From: Nemertoderma westbladi
Taxonomy: Eukaryota; Animalia; Xenacoelomorpha
DNA length: 64,000 nucleotides
Direction: 5' to 3'
Assembly: GCA_032718475.1 (NCBI GenBank)
Contig: JAUCBJ010009081.1
Span: 1 to 64,000 of the forward strand
Shown: piece by piece, positions 51,118 to 64,000 of the stretch
Position numbering within the stretch: the first letter of the stretch is position 1
Layout of the letters: every line of letters starts with the position of its first letter
Made by a program: the position numbers and the translations under genes
Notes under the pieces: generated by a model
Seen by the model: only the letters and a program-made list of their open reading frames with translations
Told to the model about the DNA's origin: nothing
The model's database searches: none

Positions 51118-51855
51118 GAAGTGCGACCTCAACCTGCTCCCACTACAACTTATCCAGAGTCATTACTCGTTTGTTTTGAAAAAATTCGTAGCAATTGCCC
51201 TGAACTGTCGGGAATTTGCTCAGTACTTAACTATAACGGACTATATATGGTTAGATGCAAAGGTTGGCGGGTTGATATACAGAGGCAAACGAGAAACGAC
51301 AATATTAATTTTGACCAGGATTGGAATCAATATGTTAATGGATTCGGTAGCATTATAGGTGGAAGTTATTGGATGGGCTTAGAAAACATAAAAAATCTCA
51401 TAAATTTTACTCCCAGAAAAGTTGGCTTAGGTATTAGAATTGATTATAACGGCTATTACTACTGCAGTTCATATACTGGTTTCAGTCTTACTGGATCCGA
51501 CTATAAACTTTCTTTATCTGGCTACTATGAACCCAGTTCCTACAATGGTATAGATAATGCAGACAATCCCCCAGTATACCAAGCTTACGATGGTTTAACG
51601 CCTTTGAATGGAGTTCGTTTCAGCACAAAAGATCGTGATCGCGATGAATGGTCATCTGGAAGTATGGTTGAATACTATGGTGGTGGAGGATGGTGGTATA
51701 AGTCCTATAGGGGTAGTAATCTTAACGGCCAGAAATACAGTACGAAATACAAAAAATACCCATCATACGGAATCTTTTGGGCATTTGGTCCGAGTCTGGT
51801 CTTTCACAAGTCACAAGGATCGGAAATGTGGATTGATTTCAATCCAGGTTCCTAA
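51118..51855 (+). CDS. Exon 3: fibrinogen-related domain 2 and stop
   Basis: ttgcag|GAA: P/T linker, then IQRQ..INFDQDWNQYVNGFG..YWMGLENI...FSTKDRDRD..GGWWY..SNLNG..GIFW, TAA. Confidence 0.88.
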   Translation, partial: EVRPQPAPTTTYPESLLVCFEKIRSNCPELSGICSVLNYNGLYMVRCKGWRVDIQRQTRNDNINFDQDWNQYVNGFGSIIGGSYWMGLENIKNLINFTPRKVGLGIRIDYNGYYYCSSYTGFSLTGSDYKLSLSGYYEPSSYNGIDNADNPPVYQAYDGLTPLNGVRFSTKDRDRDEWSSGSMVEYYGGGGWWYKSYRGSNLNGQKYSTKYKKYPSYGIFWAFGPSLVFHKSQGSEMWIDFNPGS

Positions 51856-53643
51856 TTAGACAATGATTGTTGATTACACAGGTCGCACGATCAGCTATAA
51901 TGTTGATTTTTTTCCGTAGGCCTACTATCTTGGTGATTGTTTTTAAATTATGGTTAAAATACTATACATTTATTCTTTATTGTACATCTTATGTTAGACA
52001 TTCTAGTTTATACAGATATACTATATTCTATGGTTAGGTGGTGAGTATAACGTGATCGACCATAGAGCCAGACGAAAACAAACCCCAATTTTTTAAATTA
52101 AGCAATATGGCATTATGCATCTTCGATATAAAACCATCATATATTGTATTGGACACTTTTATATTTGTCATAATAATAGGAAAACCGGAACAACCCATGC
52201 GACATATTCAATTTGTAAAAATAACAAAGGTAAAACATACCGGCATCATACAAAAGATATGATACTACCCAAATTGATATGCCGCGTTGTTTTTTCTCTG
52301 TGATAAAATCCCAGGGGAAAAACAACCTGAACAGCTTTATAGTAATTAATGTTAATGGTAACAATTAATATAGTTACAAAAAACATATTTTCTATCATTG
52401 GAATTTAAAATGATATTCTGATACCCAGTGCCAATTTTTAATTACCTATTGTATCTGTAAATAAAATTTAATCAGGAGACGGGATCCACATTGGGAAAAA
52501 TGAGATGGTTTTTTATAGAGATTGTCTGGAGTTGATAGATTTGGTAGGTGTTGCTCTGGATCTATGTTTATCACAATGTGCGAATGTCTCTGTGCGAATG
52601 TGATGTTGTTTCTCTTTAGTTTAGTATTTTAGGTTTTGATGTGGAGGTTAAAGTAAAAATTAGGCACTGTTGGTGGTGGTGTTTCACTGAGCAATTAAAA
52701 CGCCAATAAAATCTCCCCATGACATTCAACAGTTTCAGTATTTCAATATATTTATTTATTTATATAGTTATATATTTCGATATTTCGAAATATTTATTTA
52801 TGTATTAATATATTGCGATATTGCAATATTTCGACATTTTTTTTATTTATATATTTTTCCACACAAACAGTATTATATAAACAAAAATTATTAAGAGGGG
52901 GTACTGGCTTGGAAGTCAACATTTTATGATGCATACTACACCAAAGAGCGCTAAGTAGAAAAAAAGTGTAAGATACATTTTGGGTGGACATCAATTCATT
53001 CATTATTGAATCGTTTCTATTCTTATGGAATTAATTTGTAAATATTTGAAATAATGGAATAGTGAATGTATTTTGTAATGTGTTCAATTTCAACATTATT
53101 GATACTTGTTTTATTTTCATAACTTGAGAAATTGAAAGCTACTTGCATACTTTTAAGTATCCTTAAGATTAATTTTCATACACCAAACAAAATTGTTCCA
53201 TTCAGTTTTTTCTGGCATCACAATGGAATAACACATTAAATAAATTCGAACATAATAAACGCCATTTTTTGAACTTGAGTTTGGAATGGAAATTGCATAC
53301 AATGGAAATACCTACCAATACCTACCGCGCTACCGGTATTGTTTTATAGGGATCCTAACTTAGAGGAATAACTGGCCACTGAGATTTAGGGGAGATTTCC
53401 AGTAGCTTGGCGGGTCTTGTTTATTGTAGCAGGGCATGTCGCAGCTTACCCTGCTGCCCTTTTGTTTGGATTTTAATATCAATTTCTTTAGAAATCCAAT
53501 ATTCCTTTATAATATTATAGATCGACATTTTTTGGCAGTTAAGAAGATAAATAAATAAAAAAAATAAATAAATAAGAACATATATAAATAAACCTAAAGG
53601 AACACGTGTGTACAGAATATTTATATCGATAATATTGACTTAC

Positions 53644-53692
53644 CTATTCTCTGGCTCAGCCTTGGCTTTGTATATTGTTTATTGACACTCAT
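53644..53692 (-). CDS. MYLK: Probable first coding exon of the MLCK-type kinase (exon 53644-53705)
   Basis: ttgcag|CTTTGCTCACAGA ATG: MSVNKQYTKPRLSQRI, strong donor G|GTAAGT in phase 1 matching exon 2 (G+CT = Ala). Confidence 0.6.
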
Positions 53693-54189
53693 TCTGTGAG
53701 CAAAGCTGCAATGGTTTCAACAATTGGGACAGTTTAATAGTCGAAGAAAACCCCAACACGACTGTACATCATTAATTATATATATTATATGTCTATAATA
53801 ATTAATATCATCATCATCTATCGAAATGTTTTAACAATAAAATAAAGAAATAAAGTTATAATTTAAATGATTTAGGTATAATTTTCATTCGAAAGTGGAA
53901 TTAATATCTATTTATTAGATGGAAATCAAATATGTTTTTTTTCCCGATGAAACCGAGATGAATGATTAGCTGAGCTTTAGTGAAAGAGGATAACATCACC
54001 ATCATCTGGACATCTACAGTAGATACATAACTATCGACATTATGTATCAATAATTATATATATACTGGTACATCATTCAATATTAATAATTATTGTGCCT
54101 GATCTTCGGTTTGTCTTGCACTAGTACGGCCGTCGATAACATAAATTATCTTGGTACGGATATGAGTAAGAAACACTATCTGTAAGCAC

Positions 54190-54277
54190 TATTACTGTAT
54201 AATATATATTACTGTATAATATATATTACTGTATAATATATATTACTGTATAATATATATTACTGTATAATATATAT
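54190..54277. repeat. 17-bp AT-rich tandem repeat, 5 copies
   Basis: attactgtataatatat repeated. Confidence 0.85.
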
Positions 54278-54329
54278 AATTTCGAATAAAATTACTCACT
54301 TCAAGTCGCAATTTAGCAATTATTGATAA

Positions 54330-54925
54330 GATAATGGGATTTACTTATATATGGGATTTCCAAACCCTGGAAAGTATATTCGATGGTGCCCATGGTTTCA
54401 TCTAACTTCATACTTATCCGAACGATGACTTCACCTGTCTTCCGTCTTCCGGATCCGTCTTCTGGATCTCAAGTAGCAGAAGTCATCCATGTGCTCAAGC
54501 ATGCTATCCTCGGAGCTTATATGCTTGTACGATATTTATTTAATTGTACTTCCCTCCTGTTTCTGTCTAACTTACTTGAGGCCGATTCGTCCGCTGTTAG
54601 AGATAGGATATGCAACTTAAGACTGCCTGTTCAATAGAAGTGGATTAGGTGGGAGAGTGAATGGTCTAAGGACATGCGTAGAAAATTATGCATCACACAA
54701 TTTATTATGAACAAGAAGAATGGTGCAGGTGTCACCGTGAAGGACTTTTTAAGGACTTCGAATGGATGTGTCACCTATAGCAGTAATAGACACAAATGTT
54801 GAAGAACTATCGCACAGTGATGTGATAGTTGCAATTTCCTCATGAATCCCATATGCTGCAAGTATGCTGAAAATACGTGATCGTTAGACTAAATCGAAGG
54901 TCTTAAAAAGTCCAGGATGTAATAT
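54330..54925 (-). pseudogene. Decayed RTE-like LINE reverse-transcriptase fragment
   Basis: Frameshifted motifs in RT order: DFxKTFDLV*RSRIFSILAAYGIHEEI (cf. DFKKAFDSIHR..ILRAYGIP), VLHGDT.APF.LFII (cf. GVLQGDTLAPFLFII), LEHMDDFCYL (cf. LEKVDDFKYLGS). Confidence 0.8.
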
Positions 54926-55121
54926 TATGGTTTTGTTCAGAAATGGAAAAAATTCATTTAAAAAGTCAACAATGATAAAAACCAGGTGTCTGTCATTTTT
55001 TGTAAGCGCCAGAATGGGCTCCATGATCCAATACATTTTCGGAACCCATTTTGGTTCCATGTAACAGTCTCTCAACATATAATTATAATTAGGTGGATGA
55101 GCTCCAAACACTCAGGCATTT

Positions 55122-58100
55122 TAAAGACCTCAGCTCTCAGGTAGGACGCTACTCCACTGGAATAAAGACCTCAGCTCTCAGGTAGGACGCTACTCCACTG
55201 GAATAAAGACCTCAGCTCTCAGGTAGGACGCTACTCCACTGGAATAAAGACCTCAGCTCTCAGGTAGGACGCTACTCCACTGGAATAAAGACCTCAGCTC
55301 TCAGGTAGGACGCTACTCCACTGGAATAAAGACCTCAGCTCTCAGGTAGGACGCTACTCCACTGGAATAAAGACCTCAGCTCTCAGGTAGGACGCTACTC
55401 CACTGGAATAAAGACCTCAGCTCTCAGGTAGGACGCTACTCCACTGGAATAAAGACCTCAGCTCTCAGGTAGGACGCTACTCCACTGGAATAAAGACCTC
55501 AGCTCTCAGGTAGGACGCTACTCCACTGGAATAAAGACCTCAGCTCTCAGGTAGGACGCTACTCCACTGGAATAAAGACCTCAGCTCTCAGGTAGGACGC
55601 TACTCCACTGGAATAAAGACCTCAGCTCTCAGGTAGGACGCTACTCCACTGGAATAAAGACCTCAGCTCTCAGGTAGGACGCTACTCCACTGGAATAAAG
55701 ACCTCAGCTCTCAGGTAGGACGCTACTCCACTGGAATAAAGACCTCAGCTCTCAGGTAGGACGCTACTCCACTGGAATAAAGACCTCAGCTCTCAGGTAG
55801 GACGCTACTCCACTGGAATAAAGACCTCAGCTCTCAGGTAGGACGCTACTCCACTGGAATAAAGACCTCAGCTCTCAGGTAGGACGCTACTCCACTGGAA
55901 TAAAGACCTCAGCTCTCAGGTAGGACGCTACTCCACTGGAATAAAGACCTCAGCTCTCAGGTAGGACGCTACTCCACTGGAATAAAGACCTCAGCTCTCA
56001 GGTAGGACGCTACTCCACTGGAATAAAGACCTCAGCTCTCAGGTAGGACGCTACTCCACTGGAATAAAGACCTCAGCTCTCAGGTAGGACGCTACTCCAC
56101 TGGAATAAAGACCTCAGCTCTCAGGTAGGACGCTACTCCACTGGAATAAAGACCTCAGCTCTCAGGTAGGACGCTACTCCACTGGAATAAAGACCTCAGC
56201 TCTCAGGTAGGACGCTACTCCACTGGAATAAAGACCTCAGCTCTCAGGTAGGACGCTACTCCACTGGAATAAAGACCTCAGCTCTCAGGTAGGACGCTAC
56301 TCCACTGGAATAAAGACCTCAGCTCTCAGGTAGGACGCTACTCCACTGGAATAAAGACCTCAGCTCTCAGGTAGGACGCTACTCCACTGGAATAAAGACC
56401 TCAGCTCTCAGGTAGGACGCTACTCCACTGGAATAAAGACCTCAGCTCTCAGGTAGGACGCTACTCCACTGGAATAAAGACCTCAGCTCTCAGGTAGGAC
56501 GCTACTCCACTGGAATAAAGACCTCAGCTCTCAGGTAGGACGCTACTCCACTGGAATAAAGACCTCAGCTCTCAGGTAGGACGCTACTCCACTGGAATAA
56601 AGACCTCAGCTCTCAGGTAGGACGCTACTCCACTGGAATAAAGACCTCAGCTCTCAGGTAGGACGCTACTCCACTGGAATAAAGACCTCAGCTCTCAGGT
56701 AGGACGCTACTCCACTGGAATAAAGACCTCAGCTCTCAGGTAGGACGCTACTCCACTGGAATAAAGACCTCAGCTCTCAGGTAGGACGCTACTCCACTGG
56801 AATAAAGACCTCAGCTCTCAGGTAGGACGCTACTCCACTGGAATAAAGACCTCAGCTCTCAGGTAGGACGCTACTCCACTGGAATAAAGACCTCAGCTCT
56901 CAGGTAGGACGCTACTCCACTGGAATAAAGACCTCAGCTCTCAGGTAGGACGCTACTCCACTGGAATAAAGACCTCAGCTCTCAGGTAGGACGCTACTCC
57001 ACTGGAATAAAGACCTCAGCTCTCAGGTAGGACGCTACTCCACTGGAATAAAGACCTCAGCTCTCAGGTAGGACGCTACTCCACTGGAATAAAGACCTCA
57101 GCTCTCAGGTAGGACGCTACTCCACTGGAATAAAGACCTCAGCTCTCAGGTAGGACGCTACTCCACTGGAATAAAGACCTCAGCTCTCAGGTAGGACGCT
57201 ACTCCACTGGAATAAAGACCTCAGCTCTCAGGTAGGACGCTACTCCACTGGAATAAAGACCTCAGCTCTCAGGTAGGACGCTACTCCACTGGAATAAAGA
57301 CCTCAGCTCTCAGGTAGGACGCTACTCCACTGGAATAAAGACCTCAGCTCTCAGGTAGGACGCTACTCCACTGGAATAAAGACCTCAGCTCTCAGGTAGG
57401 ACGCTACTCCACTGGAATAAAGACCTCAGCTCTCAGGTAGGACGCTACTCCACTGGAATAAAGACCTCAGCTCTCAGGTAGGACGCTACTCCACTGGAAT
57501 AAAGACCTCAGCTCTCAGGTAGGACGCTACTCCACTGGAATAAAGACCTCAGCTCTCAGGTAGGACGCTACTCCACTGGAATAAAGACCTCAGCTCTCAG
57601 GTAGGACGCTACTCCACTGGAATAAAGACCTCAGCTCTCAGGTAGGACGCTACTCCACTGGAATAAAGACCTCAGCTCTCAGGTAGGACGCTACTCCACT
57701 GGAATAAAGACCTCAGCTCTCAGGTAGGACGCTACTCCACTGGAATAAAGACCTCAGCTCTCAGGTAGGACGCTACTCCACTGGAATAAAGACCTCAGCT
57801 CTCAGGTAGGACGCTACTCCACTGGAATAAAGACCTCAGCTCTCAGGTAGGACGCTACTCCACTGGAATAAAGACCTCAGCTCTCAGGTAGGACGCTACT
57901 CCACTGGAATAAAGACCTCAGCTCTCAGGTAGGACGCTACTCCACTGGAATAAAGACCTCAGCTCTCAGGTAGGACGCTACTCCACTGGAATAAAGACCT
58001 CAGCTCTCAGGTAGGACGCTACTCCACTGGAATAAAGACCTCAGCTCTCAGGTAGGACGCTACTCCACTGGAATAAAGACCTCAGCTCTCAGGTAGGACG

Positions 58101-61090
58101 CTACTCCACTGGAATAAAGACCTCAGCTCTCAGGTAGGACGCTACTCCACTGGAATAAAGACCTCAGCTCTCAGGTAGGACGCTACTCCACTGGAATAAA
58201 GACCTCAGCTCTCAGGTAGGACGCTACTCCACTGGAATAAAGACCTCAGCTCTCAGGTAGGACGCTACTCCACTGGAATAAAGACCTCAGCTCTCAGGTA
58301 GGACGCTACTCCACTGGAATAAAGACCTCAGCTCTCAGGTAGGACGCTACTCCACTGGAATAAAGACCTCAGCTCTCAGGTAGGACGCTACTCCACTGGA
58401 ATAAAGACCTCAGCTCTCAGGTAGGACGCTACTCCACTGGAATAAAGACCTCAGCTCTCAGGTAGGACGCTACTCCACTGGAATAAAGACCTCAGCTCTC
58501 AGGTAGGACGCTACTCCACTGGAATAAAGACCTCAGCTCTCAGGTAGGACGCTACTCCACTGGAATAAAGACCTCAGCTCTCAGGTAGGACGCTACTCCA
58601 CTGGAATAAAGACCTCAGCTCTCAGGTAGGACGCTACTCCACTGGAATAAAGACCTCAGCTCTCAGGTAGGACGCTACTCCACTGGAATAAAGACCTCAG
58701 CTCTCAGGTAGGACGCTACTCCACTGGAATAAAGACCTCAGCTCTCAGGTAGGACGCTACTCCACTGGAATAAAGACCTCAGCTCTCAGGTAGGACGCTA
58801 CTCCACTGGAATAAAGACCTCAGCTCTCAGGTAGGACGCTACTCCACTGGAATAAAGACCTCAGCTCTCAGGTAGGACGCTACTCCACTGGAATAAAGAC
58901 CTCAGCTCTCAGGTAGGACGCTACTCCACTGGAATAAAGACCTCAGCTCTCAGGTAGGACGCTACTCCACTGGAATAAAGACCTCAGCTCTCAGGTAGGA
59001 CGCTACTCCACTGGAATAAAGACCTCAGCTCTCAGGTAGGACGCTACTCCACTGGAATAAAGACCTCAGCTCTCAGGTAGGACGCTACTCCACTGGAATA
59101 AAGACCTCAGCTCTCAGGTAGGACGCTACTCCACTGGAATAAAGACCTCAGCTCTCAGGTAGGACGCTACTCCACTGGAATAAAGACCTCAGCTCTCAGG
59201 TAGGACGCTACTCCACTGGAATAAAGACCTCAGCTCTCAGGTAGGACGCTACTCCACTGGAATAAAGACCTCAGCTCTCAGGTAGGACGCTACTCCACTG
59301 GAATAAAGACCTCAGCTCTCAGGTAGGACGCTACTCCACTGGAATAAAGACCTCAGCTCTCAGGTAGGACGCTACTCCACTGGAATAAAGACCTCAGCTC
59401 TCAGGTAGGACGCTACTCCACTGGAATAAAGACCTCAGCTCTCAGGTAGGACGCTACTCCACTGGAATAAAGACCTCAGCTCTCAGGTAGGACGCTACTC
59501 CACTGGAATAAAGACCTCAGCTCTCAGGTAGGACGCTACTCCACTGGAATAAAGACCTCAGCTCTCAGGTAGGACGCTACTCCACTGGAATAAAGACCTC
59601 AGCTCTCAGGTAGGACGCTACTCCACTGGAATAAAGGCCTCAGCTCTCAGGTAGGACGCTACTCCACTGGAATAAAGACCTCAGCTCTCAGGTAGGACGC
59701 TACTCCACTGGAATAAAGACCTCAGCTCTCAGGTAGGACGCTACACCACTGGAATAAAGGCCTCAGCTCTCAGGTAGGACGCTACTCCACTGGAATAAAG
59801 GCCTCAGCTCTCAGGTAGGACGCTACTCCACTGGAATAAAGACCTCAGCTCTCAGGTAGGACGCTACTCCACTGGAATAAAGGCCTCAGCTCTCAGGTAG
59901 GACGCTACTCCACTGGAATAAAGGCCTCAGCTCTCAGGTAGGACGCTACTCCACTGGAATAAAGGCCTCAGCTCTCAGGTAGGACGCTACTCCACTGGAA
60001 TAAAGACCTCAGCTCTCAGGTAGGACGCTACTCCACTGGAATAAAGACCTCAGCTCTCAGGTAGGACGCTACTCCACTGGAATAAAGACCTCAGCTCTCA
60101 GGTAGGACGCTACTCCACTGGAATAAAGACCTCAGCTCTCAGGTAGGACGCTACTCCACTGGAATAAAGACCTCAGCTCTCAGGTAGGACGCTACTCCAC
60201 TGGAATAAAGACCTCAGCTCTCAGGTAGGACGCTACTCCACTGGAATAAAGACCTCAGCTCTCAGGTAGGACGCTACTCCACTGGAATAAAGACCTCAGC
60301 TCTCAGGTAGGACGCTACTCCACTGGAATAAAGGCCTCAGCTCTCAGGTAGGACGCTACTCCACTGGAATAAAGACCTCAGCTCTCAGGTAGGACGCTAC
60401 TCCACGGGAATAAAGACCTCAGCTTTCAGGTAGGACGCTACTCCACTGGAATAAAGACCTCAGCTCTCAGGTAGGACGCTACTCCACTGGAATAAAGACC
60501 TCAGCTCTCAGGTAGGACGCTACTCCACTGGAATAAAGACCTCAGCTCTCAGGTAGGACGCTACTCCACTGAAAAAAGACCTCAGCTCTCAGGTAGGACG
60601 CTACACCACTGGAATAAAGGCCTCAGCTCTCAGGTAGGACGCTACACCACTGGAATAAAGGCCTCAGCTCTCAGGTAGGACGCTACACCACTGGAATAAA
60701 GGCCTCAGCTCTCAGGTAGGACGCTACTCCACTGGAATAAAGGCCTCAGCTCTCAGGTAGGACGCTACTCCACTGAAAAAAGACCTCAGCTCTCAGGTAG
60801 GACGCTACACCACTGGAATAAAGGCCTCAGCTCTCAGGTAGGACGCTACTCCACTGGAATAAAGGCCTCAGCTCTCAGGTAGGACGCTACTCCACTGGAA
60901 TAAAGACCTCAGCTCTCAGGTAGGACGCTACTCCACTGGAATAAAGGCCTCAGCTCTCAGGTAGGACGCTACTCCACNNNNNNNNNNNNNNNNNNNNNNN
61001 NNNNNNNNNNNNNNNNNNNNNNNNNNNNNNNNNNNNNNNNNNNNNNNNNNNNNNNNNNNNNNNNNNNNNNNNNNNNNTACTCCACTGGAA
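55122..61090. repeat. 41-bp highly homogeneous satellite, at least about 143 copies, interrupted by an assembly gap
   Basis: taaagacctcagctctcaggtaggacgctactccactggaa repeated; the unit resumes briefly after the Ns. Confidence 0.97.
60978..61077. other. Assembly gap (100 N)
   Basis: Run of n characters. Confidence 1.
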
Positions 61091-61642
61091 CGAGTGATTT
61101 TGATGCTCTTTGCAGCAGTCTTGGATTCAGCAAAGGAGATGTTAGCAATGGTTATATCTGTGAGTCCAGACTCATAACTGCTGTATCACAAAGTTATCGC
61201 GCAATAACCTGACCGCTTTCGTTGTCTAGGTTCTCAGATAATTTATCGGTTAATTTATAGACTTTAATTTTGAAATGTAGCCTAAATATATTCAGAAATT
61301 AAAGTAGGGCCTATGGTAACTTAAAAATAATTTAATAAGTCAATATTCAAGACAGCAGATTATATAGGTATAAAACCATTACAAGTCTAATAAATATAAA
61401 TAAATATAAATTCGATACAGCGAACTATCAAACAATGGCTAGTAATTACAACAATTAATTAAGGTTAATTAATTACCACAATTAAGTATACTGTAGATCT
61501 GCATCGTCTGTTGTGGACACTTAGTTGAGACCGAGAGGGAGGGAGTGGGGAAGGGGGATGAGGGTGTTGTGGGGGGATGGGAAATGAGTAGGTTTAGTGA
61601 CATTATGTTCTAACCAAAACAATAAACGGGTGTCAATAACAC

Positions 61643-61928
61643 GGCCCATGTGAAGAATACCAGACTTTCTGCCGTTATATTTCACTTTGCAGTTACCCCC
61701 ATGTGAAGAATACCAGGCAGCCAGGTTTTCACCAAAACCAAAGGTTACAGAAGGGCTGAATCTAACCAAAACAATAAACGAATTAGTATATGTACAGGTT
61801 ATAAGACAGAAATAAGCGCTATAAAACACTTAATAAAGATAAATTAAAAAAAATAAAAAATCTTCATATATAAAATTCCAATATAAAGTCGACCGAAAAG
61901 TGAAATCCTGGTATTCTTCACATGGGCG
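61643..61928. mobile_element. MITE with about 20-bp TIRs and 8-bp TSD (hAT/P-like)
   Basis: GCCCATGTGAAGAATACCAG...CTGGTATTCTTCACATGGGC flanked by AATAACAC at 61635-61642 and 61929-61936. Confidence 0.82.
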
Positions 61929-64000
61929 AATAACACAGGTTACAGTTGCGTTTTATTTAATCGTATACAGCTGTTACTATTTTTGTCAATTTTAACCTGT
62001 AGAAGGCTCCATTTCGTTTGTGTCAAGAGCCCGCCACTCACAACTCCTATAATACCTACGTCATATGTCAATATGCTGTACCGGTATGTTGAGAAACTAA
62101 CAAAAGGAAACAAAAAGAATTAAGTGGGCGCAAATAATTATAAACCAAGAAGATTGCGACTTATTATAACACTTATACTTTTATCTGAGGGTGTATAAGA
62201 GATAAGCCAATGACACATGTTAACGCCTATTGGCAAAGTACAAAACCGATATTATATTGTTATTATTACAGTTATTAGCCTATTATTATTGCTCTTACCT
62301 GATACCATTTGCATTGAATAACCCGGAAGGGGGTATATACCAATCAATCTCAGTCAATCTCAAAGAAAATCAGTAATCTTGGCAACCACTGGGTTTCTGG
62401 GCGGTCATCATTTCCTTGCATTCTGGCTTGAGAGGAAGGGAGGCCGTGATTGGCTGATACCTCAGGCTACAGTTTCACTGACCTTGCTAGACTGTACCTA
62501 AGCCAAATAAATATAACTCAGTTTTAATGAGGGTATGTTTGCCTGGAAAAATCATCCTCCTACACAAGCCCTTCCGTCAGAACACTACTTCTCGGCACAT
62601 TTAGTTTAAATGTGTGTCATTGTATGGGGATTTCTATTCAATTAACTTACAATCAATTAATATAGTAAGTACTAGGTAGTACAGAGCTGAGCTGATTTTA
62701 TGGTTAGGCGAGAGGTCATGTCAACCAGCTTGTGGTGGGATTTATAATAAACTTATTAATAAATAATTAATATTAATAATAGGCCTAAGTGCCGTAGGTT
62801 AAAAAAAATTCAGAGATGAGGCTGCTTTTCCCATATAATTGGATTGATATATGGTTTGATATCGCTGCGAGTCTACGACAACCGGCAGTTATATGCAGGA
62901 AGAAATAAGGATATTTTCACAGGGCATGTAAGACACAAAGTAATACATTAATATTTCGCACTTAACCCCCCCCACACTGCCGTTGAAATTCTTTAGATCT
63001 CCCGAACATATTTATTTATATTGTATATGTATATTTTTGTTAAAAATATACACAATCAAACACGTTATATTTAGTATTAGTTAATACAAATATTGTAATT
63101 ACAAAATCAAATATCCCAGATAATATATCTGGATAATATACCAAAAGAGAGAACATGATGTAGACTAAGTTGGGTTTGAGGCCAGTAAATATTAAAACAC
63201 TGAAACTACAATAAGGAAGTGAAGTAAACTAGAGGGATATGAAATCAAATAGATAATTTAAGGCCGGAGTAGCCCCCCCCCCCCATGTGGAAATTTCAAA
63301 TATTTGTTTTTTATTTAATCTATAGGTAAATTTAATGACGATTTCAAATGTGAAATCCGTTAGCGAGATCTGTTTTATTTCTCGAGTTAGTGCAGTTTTT
63401 CCATAAGACATAAGTTTTGTCATAAGTTTTTCCGTCAAATTGTAAGAAAGACAGACAACTGACGACAGTCAGACAAGATCCCACAAAACAATAAAACTGA
63501 CATCGGAAATGAAATCTGCGACCCCGAAAACCCCCGTAATGAGTTTTAGCTCGGTAATTTGTTTCTTTTGTGCCACAAATGTTTAACCAACCAGAGACCC
63601 AGTTTTGGCCGTAATGGTTAAACTTTGAAGGCAATTATCTCGGAATGACATTTTTCAGTTGGAAATTACTACTTCTCCGCCATTTTTCAACCAATTTTCT
63701 TTATTTTTGACTTACTCGAAAGGTTTTCGATAGTTCTTTGAAAGTTATCGGTTGGAATTTTTATATTTCTCTTTTTACAGACAATTTTTCAGTTTACAGC
63801 CAAAAATTATTGTAAATTTTGTCAAATTTTCATAAATATTAATAATATTAATAATTTTTCATAAAAACGCAAAACTAAAAATTTTAACCGATAACGTTTG
63901 TGGATGGAGCTCACTTCGTAATTCAAAAAAAATTTGTATCAGCCAATTTCACCTCAGATTGAATGACTAATTAGACTTGTGAGTGGTCCCTGTTTCGAAT

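Noticed and set aside
55122-60977. CRISPR-like array
   Set aside because: Units are contiguous with no unique spacers, there are no cas genes, and the context is eukaryotic.
62299-62497. Upstream coding exon of the kinase
   Set aside because: Plausible donor and acceptor, but stops in the frames checked; at most a 5' UTR or short alternative first exon, unsupported without cDNA.
63257-64000. Kolobok-like DNA transposon start (TTAA-GG)
   Set aside because: No matching terminus or coding sequence within the window.

Overview
Metazoan (probably marine invertebrate) genomic DNA, AT-rich and intron-rich. Bases 1-10632 are the right part of a Maverick/Polinton (adintovirus-like) element: capsid C-terminus, adenain-type protease, exonuclease-fold ORF, a divergent TBP-like gene, a frameshifted protein-primed PolB, a PC4-like ORF, and the ...ACTACT terminus. 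The rest is spanned by a minus-strand MLCK-type kinase gene. I could join six exons in frame from 53692 to 11648. Its last exon is not found, so the Maverick probably lies in its next intron. Its introns hold an intronless ANKRD53-like gene, an antisense three-exon secreted gene with two fibrinogen domains, MITEs and LINE remnants. There are three large satellites (49/51 bp, 36 bp, 41 bp). The most unusual is the 12-kb 49/51-bp array: it fills almost a whole intron, and each unit copies the upstream exon end plus its GTAAGT donor and carries a TTTAG followed by a mimic of the downstream exon start. All calls come from manual motif reading; no database searches were run.
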